A DNA stretch of 64,000 nt from Thermodesulfobacteriota bacterium. Its GTDB lineage: Bacteria > Desulfobacterota_D > UBA1144 > Nemesobacterales > Nemesobacteraceae. Positions 8,997 to 18,434 of this stretch are shown here, in pieces (position 1 is the first letter of the stretch; the number at the start of each line of letters is the position of its first letter). The stretch covers positions 273,837-337,836 of the forward strand of contig OZ220700.1 in the NCBI GenBank assembly GCA_965116725.1, written 5' to 3'. Made by a program: the position numbers and the translations under genes. Below the pieces are notes generated by a model. The model was not told the DNA's origin. It ran no database searches and saw nothing but the letters and a program-made list of their open reading frames with translations.

Positions 8997-10052
8997 TCAT
9001 TTTCCTTTTCCAAGGATTTTTTCATAACCGCCGATCTCTGAAATCCACTCCGCAAGCCCCTTCATTCCCGTCTCGTAACCGCACACCGGCTCATACCCCA
9101 GATCCCTTCTTGCCTTCTCTATGCTGTAGGTTCTGCTCTTCGATAGAGCGGAGACGCCAAAACGGGTAAGCACAGGAGGGGTCTGGGATCCCCTGAGTTC
9201 AAAGATTTTCTCAAGAACGAACGCAACCGCATACCCCAGAGTGTACGGTACCGTGACCCCTGGCTTCCACTCAATTCCTATTGACGCGAGCTGATCCGAG
9301 ACAAAACGGCGGTTATCGATACGCGCCCCGTCGTTTACAAAGTATATGTTGCCCGCCCCGGCAGAAGACACCGCGGAGAGCACGGTGGCGTGAACAAGGT
9401 TAAGCACGTGGCAGGGGGAAACAATTTTCCTGTTAAAACCCATGTTAACCAGAATCCCCTTAAGACAGGCGTCGGCTATTCTCGGAAGTATGACCGTGTC
9501 GCCGGCTCCCCAGACGTTTGACGGTCTTAATATGACCGTTTCCATGCCTCCCCGTCCGTTATATTCTCTCACAAGTTTTTCGGATAAGGCCTTGGTTTCA
9601 TTATAGAAATTATGGTGGCTTTTCGGGTAGGGATAGGTTTCATCTATATCCTTGAGGTCGACAGTCCCAAGAAAAGAGGCATTCCAGATTACGGTAGAGG
9701 AACTCATATAAACAAACCTTCTAACCCCCGCCTCGCGTGAAGAGTCAAGAAGAGTTTCCGTCGCCTCAACGTTCTGCCTGAAAAAGTCATCCCTCGGTCC
9801 CCAGTCTGAAACCTTGGAAGCAAGATGAAAAACGTAATCGCACCCTTGCGGAAAAGCTTGAAGCGAGGCGGAGTCGCAAAGATCCCCGTGGACAAGTTCC
9901 GCGCCCAGAGAACGCAGCTTCTCGGCATCGCTTGTTTCTCTTACAAGGCATTTTATCGAAAAACCCTCGTCTGCAAGTTTTTCAGCAAGCTTGCCACCGA
10001 TAAAACCCGTCGCCCCGGTTATCCCCGCTTTTACGTTTTCGGAGGTTCCCAT
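8997..10052 (-). CDS. Extended SDR NAD-dependent epimerase/dehydratase (3-beta-HSD-like)
   Basis: TGATGFIG, VFHLA, YNETK catalytic YxxxK, LRPSNVWG and KARRDLGYEP. Confidence 0.88.
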   Translation of the reverse strand: MGTSENVKAGITGATGFIGGKLAEKLADEGFSIKCLVRETSDAEKLRSLGAELVHGDLCDSASLQAFPQGCDYVFHLASKVSDWGPRDDFFRQNVEATETLLDSSREAGVRRFVYMSSSTVIWNASFLGTVDLKDIDETYPYPKSHHNFYNETKALSEKLVREYNGRGGMETVILRPSNVWGAGDTVILPRIADACLKGILVNMGFNRKIVSPCHVLNLVHATVLSAVSSAGAGNIYFVNDGARIDNRRFVSDQLASIGIEWKPGVTVPYTLGYAVAFVLEKIFELRGSQTPPVLTRFGVSALSKSRTYSIEKARRDLGYEPVCGYETGMKGLAEWISEIGGYEKILGKGK

Positions 10053-10056
10053 AAGT

Positions 10057-10197
10057 TTATTTTTTGATTTCCTTTTCCCAGTCCGTTTTCTTAAACCTCT
10101 TTTTCGCTTCGACGTCTTTTTTCGAAGGGATAACCTTGCCGGGTTTCTTGGCCACAGGTTTTCTGGTTTTGGGTTTTTTAACTTTCTTTCCGGTCAT
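10057..10197 (-). CDS. Small lysine-rich basic protein, 46 aa (not in the ORF track)
   Basis: MTGKKVKKPKTRKPVAKKPGKVIPSKKDVEAKKRFKKTDWEKEIKK*. GGAGG RBS upstream; stop lies 4 nt before the next ATG. Confidence 0.65.
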   Translation of the reverse strand: MTGKKVKKPKTRKPVAKKPGKVIPSKKDVEAKKRFKKTDWEKEIKK

Positions 10198-10286
10198 TTT
10201 AAACCCCTCCGGTCTCTTTACCGTTCAGGAAATCACAGAGTATAATAATTGATAAGCAAAATCGGACAAACCGCACGGACATCTAC

Positions 10287-10670
10287 ATGCAATACCTTCA
10301 CACGATGATAAGGGTCGGCGACCTTCAGAAGTCGATCGCATTTTATACCGATGTCATCGGTCTTAAGTTCCACAGGAAAACCGATTATCCCGAAGGCCGC
10401 TTCACGCTAGCTTTCCTGGGTTACGGCGGCGACACGGAACCTTTCCTAGAACTCACACATAACTGGGACACTTCGCAGTACGACCATGGAGGGGGTTACG
10501 GACACATGGCGTTTGGAGTAGAGGACATTTATGCGACGTGCGAAAAGATAGAACAGGCCGGCGGACGGGTAACCAGAGCTCCGGGGCCCATGAAACACGG
10601 AACCACCGTGATAGCTTTCGTTGAGGATCCCGATTCGTACAAAATCGAACTCATAGAAAGAAAAGACTGA
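10287..10670 (+). CDS. gloA: Lactoylglutathione lyase (glyoxalase I)
   Basis: LHTMIRVGDL, LELTHNW, GYGHMA and AFVEDPD.YKIELIE. Confidence 0.96.
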   Translation: MQYLHTMIRVGDLQKSIAFYTDVIGLKFHRKTDYPEGRFTLAFLGYGGDTEPFLELTHNWDTSQYDHGGGYGHMAFGVEDIYATCEKIEQAGGRVTRAPGPMKHGTTVIAFVEDPDSYKIELIERKD

Positions 10671-10679
10671 TCCCCCCGA

Positions 10680-11990
10680 TCACTTTTTTCTCTTCTTCCA
10701 CCTCGCTTCCAGATACTTCTTGAGATTCGCCTCCCTCCCCTTGTCGGTGGGTTCGTAGTAAACGCTGTCTTTTATCTCCTCGGGAAGAAAATCGTCTTCG
10801 ACAAAATGATCCTCGTAGTCGTGGGCGTACTTGTAGCCTTTTTTGTAACCGAGATCCTTCATAAGCTTCGTGGGGGCGTTTCTCAGGTGAAGCGGAATCT
10901 GCAGGCCCGGATTTTTTCTCACATCGCTTTCAGCCTTCTTTATCGCCCTGTATGCAGCGTTGCTCTTTGGACAACTGGCAAGATAGGTCGTAACCTGAGA
11001 GAGGATTATCCTGCTCTCAGGCATCCCCACATAATTAACCGCCGTGAAGCAGTCGGTCGCGAGGGTAAGCGCGTAAGGTTCGGCGTTTCCAATATCCTCT
11101 GAAGCAAGTATCACAAGACGTCTTGCGATGAACTTCGGGTCCTCCCCAGCTTCAAGCATTCTCGCCAAGTAGTAGACCGCCGCGTCGGGATCACTTCCCC
11201 TCACACTTTTTATAAAAGCGGAAATCGTATTGTAATGTTCCTCCCCCGCCCTGTCATAGAGAAGGCCCGTTTTCTGGAAAATCTCTCTCACGAGATCAGT
11301 GTCAATCCGAGAGAGTTTTTTTGAACGAATGAGGGAAGAGGCGATTTCAAGCGCGTTCAGCATCACCCTGGCGTCTCCACCGCAAAGAGCGATGAGTTCA
11401 CCACGAGCCTCAGCCGAGATATCGGCATCCTCGAGAAGTTTTTCCTCGGAGAAGGCTTTTTCGAGTATGCGTTCAAGATCCTGTGCCGAAAGCGGATCAA
11501 GAACATAAACCTGACAGCGGGAGAGAAGAGGACTTATGACTTCAAACGAAGGATTTTCAGTCGTAGCACCTATAAGCACCAAGACCCCCTCTTCGACGCT
11601 CTTGAGAAGCGCCGCCTGCTGTGCCTTGTTGAATCTGTGTATCTCGTCAATGAAAAGCACGGTTTTCCGCCCGGAGTAAAGAGCGTCTCTTGCGTCTGCG
11701 ACAATATCCCTAAGCTCCCTGACTCCGGAAGAAATCGCATTTATCTGTATGAACCTGGCACCGGCCCTGCCCGCGATAAGCCTTGAAAGAGTCGTTTTAC
11801 CCGTCCCAGGGGGGCCCCAAAATATCATGGAATGCACTCCCCCAGCCTCAAGCGTTTTCGTAACAAGCCCCTGCGGCCCTATCAGATGCTCCTGGCCTAC
11901 CATCTCTTGTATGCTCTCGGGTCTCATTCTCTCGGGGAGAGGAAGAGATTCTTTTTTAGGTCTGAAGAGACCTGGATCATCAGGGTTCAA
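10680..11990 (-). CDS. rarA: Replication-associated recombination protein A (AAA+)
   Basis: PLPERMRP, WGPPGTGKTT, FIDEIHRFNK, GATTENPSF, SAFIKSVRGSDPDAA and PLHLRNAPT. Confidence 0.96.
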   Translation of the reverse strand: MNPDDPGLFRPKKESLPLPERMRPESIQEMVGQEHLIGPQGLVTKTLEAGGVHSMIFWGPPGTGKTTLSRLIAGRAGARFIQINAISSGVRELRDIVADARDALYSGRKTVLFIDEIHRFNKAQQAALLKSVEEGVLVLIGATTENPSFEVISPLLSRCQVYVLDPLSAQDLERILEKAFSEEKLLEDADISAEARGELIALCGGDARVMLNALEIASSLIRSKKLSRIDTDLVREIFQKTGLLYDRAGEEHYNTISAFIKSVRGSDPDAAVYYLARMLEAGEDPKFIARRLVILASEDIGNAEPYALTLATDCFTAVNYVGMPESRIILSQVTTYLASCPKSNAAYRAIKKAESDVRKNPGLQIPLHLRNAPTKLMKDLGYKKGYKYAHDYEDHFVEDDFLPEEIKDSVYYEPTDKGREANLKKYLEARWKKRKK

Positions 11991-12121
11991 GTCCGTCTCC
12001 TGTTTTCAGTTCGCACTTTGGTATAAAGATTAAGCTTTGAAACTTATAAATCAATCTGGAAAGCTCGTGCTTCTTTCCGCGGTTTTGGAAAAGAAGGCCG
12101 TTTGGTTATAATCAGCCCGTT

Positions 12122-13180
12122 ATGGATATAAAACTCTTAAAGAAGCTCTGCGACACTCCAGGAATGCCCGGGGACGAGGGCTTGGTTAAGGCGATTCTGC
12201 TTGAGGAAATAAAGAAATTCTCAAAAGATATCACCGAAGATGTTATGGGAAACGTAATCGCCCGTATCCCTGGAGACGGCCCCACTTTTGTTCTTGACGC
12301 TCACATGGACGAAGTGGGATTCATGGTACACCATATAGATAGCAGAGGGTTTTTAAGGCTAACCCCGCTTGGAGGAATGGACGCCAGGGTTTTTTACGGA
12401 CAGCGCTTGGTGGTTTGGGGGAAAAAACCTCTAAAAGGGGTGGTGGCAGCGGTTCCACCCCACGTAACTAGGAGTAGCGGAGGGGCCAAAGAGGTTCCGG
12501 AAATTGAGGATTGCGCGGTCGATCTTGGGCTCAGTCCTGAAAAAGTCGCCGCCCTAGTAAAAATAGGGGACATGGTGTCATTTGACACTTCCCTCGATGA
12601 AACCGAGGATTCCGTGATCTCAAAGGCCCTTGACGACAGGATGGGTCTTTTCGTGATAATCGAAGCTCTTCGAAAGACTCCGAATCCGGGCTGCAATCTC
12701 CTAGTTACCTTTACCGTGCAGGAAGAAGTCGGGCTTCGCGGGGCGAGGGTAATAACACCGGTTTACGAACCGGACTTCGCCGTCGCACTTGAAGGCACTG
12801 TGGCAATGGACATACCGGGGGTCTCGGAAAGCAAATCCTTTGCCAATATCGGCAAGGGACCCGAGATCAGACTTTCAGACAGGTTCCTGGTGGCGCACAG
12901 ACCATTTAGCTTTTTTATAAGGGAACTTGCGGAGAAAAACGAAATCCCTTACCAGATAACAGTAAAAAAAGCGGGCAGTACAAACGCAACCGCCATGCAG
13001 GTCACCGGAAAGGGAACCAGGGCGGCCGTCTTGTCGGTTCCGACAAGGTATCTTCACAGCCCGAGTTCCATCGCCTATAAAAGCGATATCAGTCACACGA
13101 TAGATCTGGTGTCATGCCTGCTCAGGGACATAGGAGAATTCAGTCCCTCAAACCAGCATCAGGATGCTCAGCAACAATGA
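12122..13180 (+). CDS. M42-family aminopeptidase
   Basis: AHMDEVG, KALDDR, TVQEEVGLRGA and RYLHSP metal-binding motifs. Confidence 0.93.
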   Translation: MDIKLLKKLCDTPGMPGDEGLVKAILLEEIKKFSKDITEDVMGNVIARIPGDGPTFVLDAHMDEVGFMVHHIDSRGFLRLTPLGGMDARVFYGQRLVVWGKKPLKGVVAAVPPHVTRSSGGAKEVPEIEDCAVDLGLSPEKVAALVKIGDMVSFDTSLDETEDSVISKALDDRMGLFVIIEALRKTPNPGCNLLVTFTVQEEVGLRGARVITPVYEPDFAVALEGTVAMDIPGVSESKSFANIGKGPEIRLSDRFLVAHRPFSFFIRELAEKNEIPYQITVKKAGSTNATAMQVTGKGTRAAVLSVPTRYLHSPSSIAYKSDISHTIDLVSCLLRDIGEFSPSNQHQDAQQQ

Positions 13181-13524
13181 TGGAAGAACTGCTCCGCGTA
13201 TTCGAGGAAATCGCCAGGGAAAATTTTCCCGAGCTTGATCTTGAGAACTTCTCTCTAGCGCTTCGCGAGGAGATAAAAAAGAAAAAGTACGATCTTCAGG
13301 ACGAAGCCCTGCTTGAGACGGCCCTTCGGGATGACAGAGACACTTTCAAAGACTCTTTTCTGGAAATGCTCGAGGAAAGAACAGCCGGTGAAAACAGCGG
13401 GAAAGCATTTATTCTATCGGAGAGAGGCCGCAACGCGGCCATCTCAATTCTGATAGCCAACACCGAGCACACGATCGACTACTATTACAATACGATAATA
13501 GGAAAACACTTCTCGGCAAGCTAA
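13177..13524 (+). CDS. Hypothetical protein (acidic, helical, about 115 aa)
   Basis: ATG overlaps the M42 gene stop (ATGA); codon style matches neighbours; no recognised motif. Confidence 0.75.
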   Translation: MMEELLRVFEEIARENFPELDLENFSLALREEIKKKKYDLQDEALLETALRDDRDTFKDSFLEMLEERTAGENSGKAFILSERGRNAAISILIANTEHTIDYYYNTIIGKHFSAS

Positions 13525-13527
13525 GCG

Positions 13528-13559
13528 CGGGGGTCTCTCCACCCTCTTCCCCGTTTTTT
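13528..13559 (+). terminator. Probable intrinsic terminator
   Basis: CGGGG..CCCCG stem followed by T6, just after the stop and between convergent genes. Confidence 0.5.
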
Positions 13560-13586
13560 CCTCAACCGTGATTTGCGCTGGCAGGG

Positions 13587-14882
13587 TTACTTCTTACGCC
13601 TTCTGCTCATCGCCACGTATTTTCTATTATCTTCCCCCAGATAAACCTGTCTAGGCCTCGCGATTCTGGTTTCGGGATCGTTCATCAACTCAAGCCACTG
13701 GGCAAGCCACCCGGCCATCCTCGCTATCGCGAAAAGCACGGTAAACATGCTCGTGGGAAGACCTATGCTCTGGTATATGAGTCCAGAATAGAAATCAACG
13801 TTCGGGTAAAGCCTTCTTCTTACGAAATAGTCATCTTCAAGGGCTATTCTCTCAAGCTCAAGCGCTATGTCGAGCAGGGGATTTTTCCCGGTGACCTCGA
13901 ACACGTCGTGGGCTATATCCTTTATTATCGCCGCTCTCGGGTCGTAAGCCTTGTACACCCTGTGCCCGAAGCCCATGAGCCTGAATTCTCCTTTCTTGGC
14001 CCTTTCTATGTACTGCGGAATTTTGTCAATCGAACCTATGTCGGCAAGCATTTCAAGCACCGCCTCGTTCGCTCCGCCGTGAAGAGGACCGTACAGGGCG
14101 GCAATCGCCGCGGCGGCTGCGGAGTAAGGATCCGGATGAGAGCTTCCGACGTTTCTCATCGCGCTTGCGCTGCAGTTCTGCTCGTGGTCGGCATGGAGGA
14201 TGAAAAGAACATCTATCGCCTTCTCTATCGCCGGATTCGGCTCATACTTGGTCTCGGTCATCTTGAACATCATTGAAAGAAAATTCCCGGCGTAGCTGAG
14301 TTCGTTGTCGGGGTATACATATGGAAGACCCATTATATGCCTGTAGGAAAATCCGGCTATGGTCGGCGTCTTCGCTATAAGCCTTCTTATCTCAAGCTTC
14401 TGTACGTCGGTATCGAATATGTCCTTTGCCCCCGGATAGAAGGTCGAGAGGGCTCCGACGGTCGCAAGAAGCATGCCCATCGGGTGCGCGTCGTAGCGGA
14501 ATCCATCCATGAGTTTCCTTATGTTTTCATGCACGTAGGTGTGATGCGTTATGTCGTGAACCCAGCTGTCATATTGCGATTTGTTAGGCAGCTCACCGTG
14601 AATAAGGAGATAGGCAACTTCGAGGAAGTTGCTTTTTTTCGCCAGCTCTTCTATCGGGTACCCCCTGTATCTCAGGATCCCCTTTTCTCCGTCAATGAAG
14701 GTAACCTTGCTTTTGCACGAAGCCGTATTCCCGAAAGCTGGATCGTAACTCATCATGCCAAAATCTTCGTCCTTAACCCTTATCTGACGAAGATCAGTGG
14801 CCCTTATGGTGTCGTTGTCTATAGCAAGTTCGTATGTTTTACCTGTCCTGTTATCCTTTACAGACAAAGTGTTCTTCGACAT
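13587..14882 (-). CDS. gltA: Citrate synthase (type II)
   Basis: ILHADHEQNCS, GPLHGGANEAV, LMGFGHRVYK and LYPNVDFYSG. Confidence 0.97.
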   Translation of the reverse strand: MSKNTLSVKDNRTGKTYELAIDNDTIRATDLRQIRVKDEDFGMMSYDPAFGNTASCKSKVTFIDGEKGILRYRGYPIEELAKKSNFLEVAYLLIHGELPNKSQYDSWVHDITHHTYVHENIRKLMDGFRYDAHPMGMLLATVGALSTFYPGAKDIFDTDVQKLEIRRLIAKTPTIAGFSYRHIMGLPYVYPDNELSYAGNFLSMMFKMTETKYEPNPAIEKAIDVLFILHADHEQNCSASAMRNVGSSHPDPYSAAAAAIAALYGPLHGGANEAVLEMLADIGSIDKIPQYIERAKKGEFRLMGFGHRVYKAYDPRAAIIKDIAHDVFEVTGKNPLLDIALELERIALEDDYFVRRRLYPNVDFYSGLIYQSIGLPTSMFTVLFAIARMAGWLAQWLELMNDPETRIARPRQVYLGEDNRKYVAMSRRRKK

Positions 14883-15008
14883 TTGTGAATCTCCTCGTAG
14901 TAGTGAAGTTGTTTAAATCAAGTTGTCGGTCGAATTGGATTCCCGTATGTGAACCACCCTCTTTTTTCACTCCAACACCCGTAAGAGTCAATCCAACCGA
15001 TCAAGGTG

Positions 15009-15037
15009 ATTGTAACAGGTTTTTTAACTAAACGCAA
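15009..15037 (-). promoter_or_regulatory. Sigma70-type promoter for gltA
   Basis: Minus strand TTGCGT-17 nt-TACAAT with an extended TG. Confidence 0.55.
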
Positions 15038-15043
15038 AACGAA

Positions 15044-15970
15044 CTAACCGAACTCCACGATACTGATGGGGACAGGGGTAAAACAGGAAATAAAAATAAG
15101 CAGTGAGAGAAAAGCAAGCGCTTTTCTTCCGGCACCGATCTCGGCATCACTCGATATGGTCGGCGGGTGGGATGTGCCGAGCACCAAAAGCAGTATCGCC
15201 CAGAAAAGCCAGCCGACCCAACCCTCAAACATAAGCCACTCAGGAAGAATGCCTAGCACCCACAAGCCCAGATAATCCGCAAAGTCCATCAGAGGCACCG
15301 TTCCCACTCCCATTATTGCAAGAAAAATAACCGTAGCGGCCGATATAGCTTTATGCCACTTTGCCGGGAAGACGCAGTATACAATATGTCCTCCGTCAAG
15401 CTGTCCAGCGGGCATGAGATTCAAGACGGTTACGAAAAGGCCTATCCATCCCGCAAACGCAACGGGGTGCAGCAGGATTTCGTATCCCTGGGCGACTTCC
15501 CCGATAGCCATTTTTGAGAAAAGGGCAAATACGAGAGAATTGCCGAGAGACATGGCCGCCTGCATCTCAGAAAGCCTCTCAGAATCCAAAGCAACCACTT
15601 CCGAGAAAAGCAGTCCGACAAACAGGACCGGAAGAGCTACTATCACCCCGGCTATGGGACCAGCAACCCCTATGTCGAAAAGTTCCCTTCGGCCGGGTAT
15701 CCGAGACTTTATCCTTATAAACGCCCCGAACGTCCCTATCGGAGAGAGGAAGGGAGGAGCGGGAATAAACCAGGGAAGAGTTATGGAAACGCCGTATTTT
15801 CTGCCGTAAAAGTAATGACCCATTTCATGGGCTCCAAGAATGGCAACCAGAGAAAGCGAGAAAAGAACGCCTCCCGTATAAGTTCCGCTTATCATGTAGC
15901 CGGAAAGAAAAGTCGTGGCCGCCGTGAGAATAAAAAGCACCAGCGGAATAAGGATAGATCTTTTGATCAT
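15044..15970 (-). CDS. Site-2 protease (M50 family)
   Basis: HEMGH zinc motif, GTFGAFI, LNLMPAGQLDGGH and multiple TM segments. Confidence 0.93.
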   Translation of the reverse strand: MIKRSILIPLVLFILTAATTFLSGYMISGTYTGGVLFSLSLVAILGAHEMGHYFYGRKYGVSITLPWFIPAPPFLSPIGTFGAFIRIKSRIPGRRELFDIGVAGPIAGVIVALPVLFVGLLFSEVVALDSERLSEMQAAMSLGNSLVFALFSKMAIGEVAQGYEILLHPVAFAGWIGLFVTVLNLMPAGQLDGGHIVYCVFPAKWHKAISAATVIFLAIMGVGTVPLMDFADYLGLWVLGILPEWLMFEGWVGWLFWAILLLVLGTSHPPTISSDAEIGAGRKALAFLSLLIFISCFTPVPISIVEFG

Positions 15971-15972
15971 GG

Positions 15973-18267
15973 CTACTCTACTTCGAGCAACATCGGATTT
16001 ATGGAGTTAAGGACATCCTTTAAGTATCTCTCTATGTCGGACTCCTTTGAGAGCAGCAATAGGTCGGACCTTATTTCCTCAAGCATCTGCTCAGAAAGCC
16101 TGTCCGAAAGAAATTTCACATAAGGAAACCGAAGCGGAGAAACGCTCAGGTGACGGTAGCCAAGGGCCAATATAAGGAGTGTACCGGAAGGAACTCCCGC
16201 TATTTCTCCGCATATTGAAAGCTCCTTTCCGCTTGGGAGAACCTGCTCTCTTGTAAAATCCAGCATTCTCACCACGGAAGGATGAAAAGCCGAGTAAAGA
16301 TGTCCAACCGCGTTTGAATTTCTATCCACCGCGAGCAGGTACTGTATGAGGTCGTTTGTTCCAATGGAAACAAAATCTATTAAGTCCGCGTAATCACCGA
16401 ACTGATACACAAGTGCCGGAACCTCCATCATTATTCCGAGCTTCGGTATATCATGCCGGTGAAGACTGACTTCGGCAGACAGTTCCTCAATTATCTGCGC
16501 CGCGGTCTCAACCTCCCAGACATTTGATACCATAGGCAGAAGAATCTTGAAATTCCCCCCTTTTTTCGCCGCGAGCAAAATGGATTTCACCTGATCCCTG
16601 AAAAGATCAAGATACTCCATTGAAAAGCGGATTGAGCGAAGGCCAAGAAGGGGGTTCTCTTCCTTGGGCATGTTGAGATAGGAAAGTATCTTGTCAGAAC
16701 CCACGTCCAGGGTCCTAATGGTCACTCCATCCTCAAAATCAGCTGAGATCTCCTTGTATATTTTTAGCTGGGACCTTACACTAGGCCATTTCTTAAACCG
16801 CGCGAAGGCAAACTCCGTTCTGAAAAGTCCCGCTCTCTTGATGCCGTAACGTTTGGCCATCTCAGCATCGGCCGGAATTCCGACATTCGCCGTTATTTCG
16901 ACGTTAAGACCGGCGCCGGTACTTTTTTCGGCTTCAGTCTCTATGAAGCTGCGGAGTTCAACGGCTTTTTGGTGCATGGATAGATACTCATCCTTAAGCA
17001 CCTGGTCGGGGTTTGTAAAAATGAATCCGCTTCTCCCGTCAACTATCATATCCTCCCCGGGATGTATCAGATTCGCGATGTTGTCTATGCCGACAACTAC
17101 TGGGATCCCGAGCGATTTCGCTATTATGACCGCGTGCGAAGTCTCTCCGCCTTTTTCAAGGACTATTCCCCCCACCTCCCCTCCAGCAGCCGTGACAAAA
17201 GAAACGCCTATCTCTCTTGCCACAAGTATTAAGGGCTCTCCGTCGGCGGAAGCGGAAATATTCTCGTCCTTTGAACGGGTAAGATCCCGGAGCATCCTCT
17301 CACCTATATCTCTGAAATCGTAGGCCCTCTCCCTCATATAAGAATCCGGCAAGGATTCAAAACGTAATGCTTGGGTTTCGAGATACTCAACCACCGCGGC
17401 CTCGGCCGAAACCCTCTTTTCATCTATGAGTTCGCCAGTTCCTTTCTCCATGTCGCGGCTATCCACTATCATCAGATGTGAACGGAAAATATCCACTTCG
17501 TTTTTCGAGAGCTTCCCTTCGGAATCCATTTTTTTAATAGTGTTCTTAAGGTCTTGCGATATATTCTTTATAGAACTTCTAACTCTTCTCTTCTCGATTC
17601 CTGGAGTACGGGCCGTCATCTCCATAGTGGACATCCGGCGGAAAAGCCCGCGGAATGTAACCGCCTTGCCCACAGCCACCCCTTCAGAAACTCCTTTTCC
17701 CTGGTAGCTCCTCGTCTCGTGTTTTACCATGGATGGGGGTTTCAGCCGGTCCAGGGTGTTTGCGACTTCAAGAACCCCGGCAAGTCGCAGTGCTATTATC
17801 TGAAAAAGGGTCTGCTCGGCCGGGGTTATCTGCATGGGGGTTTTGTTCTGCCCGACAAGCACCCCGACACACACGTCGTGAAGCATTATGGGAACGCCTA
17901 TGTAACTTTCGTATTCCTCTTCGCCTATTTCGGGAAAATATCTGTAATTGGGATGCTTAGAAGCCGGCATGGCCACCAGAGGAACCTTCGTTTTATGAAC
18001 CATCCCGGTAAGACCTTCATCCGAGCGCAGAAAGATGTCACTTTTCGGTTTAACCTGAAGACCCCTGTTAGCCATGAGACTGAGAACCTCTCTTGAATCA
18101 TCCCAGACGTATATGGAAACGACATCGTAGTTAAGCGAGGACGAAATTTTTCTGACCACCCGACCCAAAACGGTGTTAAGACCCACGGACTTGTTGATCA
18201 AGTCGCTTATCTCATGAACCACCTTGAGATGAAAATGTTCCGGTTCGGTACGCTCTTTAGCAATCAT
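15973..18267 (-). CDS. ptsP: PEP-protein phosphotransferase EI-Ntr (GAF + enzyme I)
   Basis: N-terminal GAF, GGETSHA phospho-His, GLFRTE, NPLLGLRSIR, SIGTNDL.QY and CGE. Confidence 0.94.
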   Translation of the reverse strand: MIAKERTEPEHFHLKVVHEISDLINKSVGLNTVLGRVVRKISSSLNYDVVSIYVWDDSREVLSLMANRGLQVKPKSDIFLRSDEGLTGMVHKTKVPLVAMPASKHPNYRYFPEIGEEEYESYIGVPIMLHDVCVGVLVGQNKTPMQITPAEQTLFQIIALRLAGVLEVANTLDRLKPPSMVKHETRSYQGKGVSEGVAVGKAVTFRGLFRRMSTMEMTARTPGIEKRRVRSSIKNISQDLKNTIKKMDSEGKLSKNEVDIFRSHLMIVDSRDMEKGTGELIDEKRVSAEAAVVEYLETQALRFESLPDSYMRERAYDFRDIGERMLRDLTRSKDENISASADGEPLILVAREIGVSFVTAAGGEVGGIVLEKGGETSHAVIIAKSLGIPVVVGIDNIANLIHPGEDMIVDGRSGFIFTNPDQVLKDEYLSMHQKAVELRSFIETEAEKSTGAGLNVEITANVGIPADAEMAKRYGIKRAGLFRTEFAFARFKKWPSVRSQLKIYKEISADFEDGVTIRTLDVGSDKILSYLNMPKEENPLLGLRSIRFSMEYLDLFRDQVKSILLAAKKGGNFKILLPMVSNVWEVETAAQIIEELSAEVSLHRHDIPKLGIMMEVPALVYQFGDYADLIDFVSIGTNDLIQYLLAVDRNSNAVGHLYSAFHPSVVRMLDFTREQVLPSGKELSICGEIAGVPSGTLLILALGYRHLSVSPLRFPYVKFLSDRLSEQMLEEIRSDLLLLSKESDIERYLKDVLNSINPMLLEVE

Positions 18268-18434
18268 AGGGTCACTCCGCCACACACAAAGAAATTAGTA
18301 TTATACCACCATCGGACCCTGTTAGCGGAAAAAGAAGCATCTAAAAATTCCCTGCCACGAACCTAAAAGATTAAAGAAGAAAAAGCTTTCTCGGCAATAG
18401 ATTTATGGAATATTGTATATATACTTCCCACGCC

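Noticed and set aside
7578-9055. Extended N-termini of ccmA/ccmB (and similarly ubiE, pdxH, fusA, rpmJ) in the ORF track
   Set aside because: The extensions overlap upstream genes; downstream starts with an RBS or stop-start coupling fit better.
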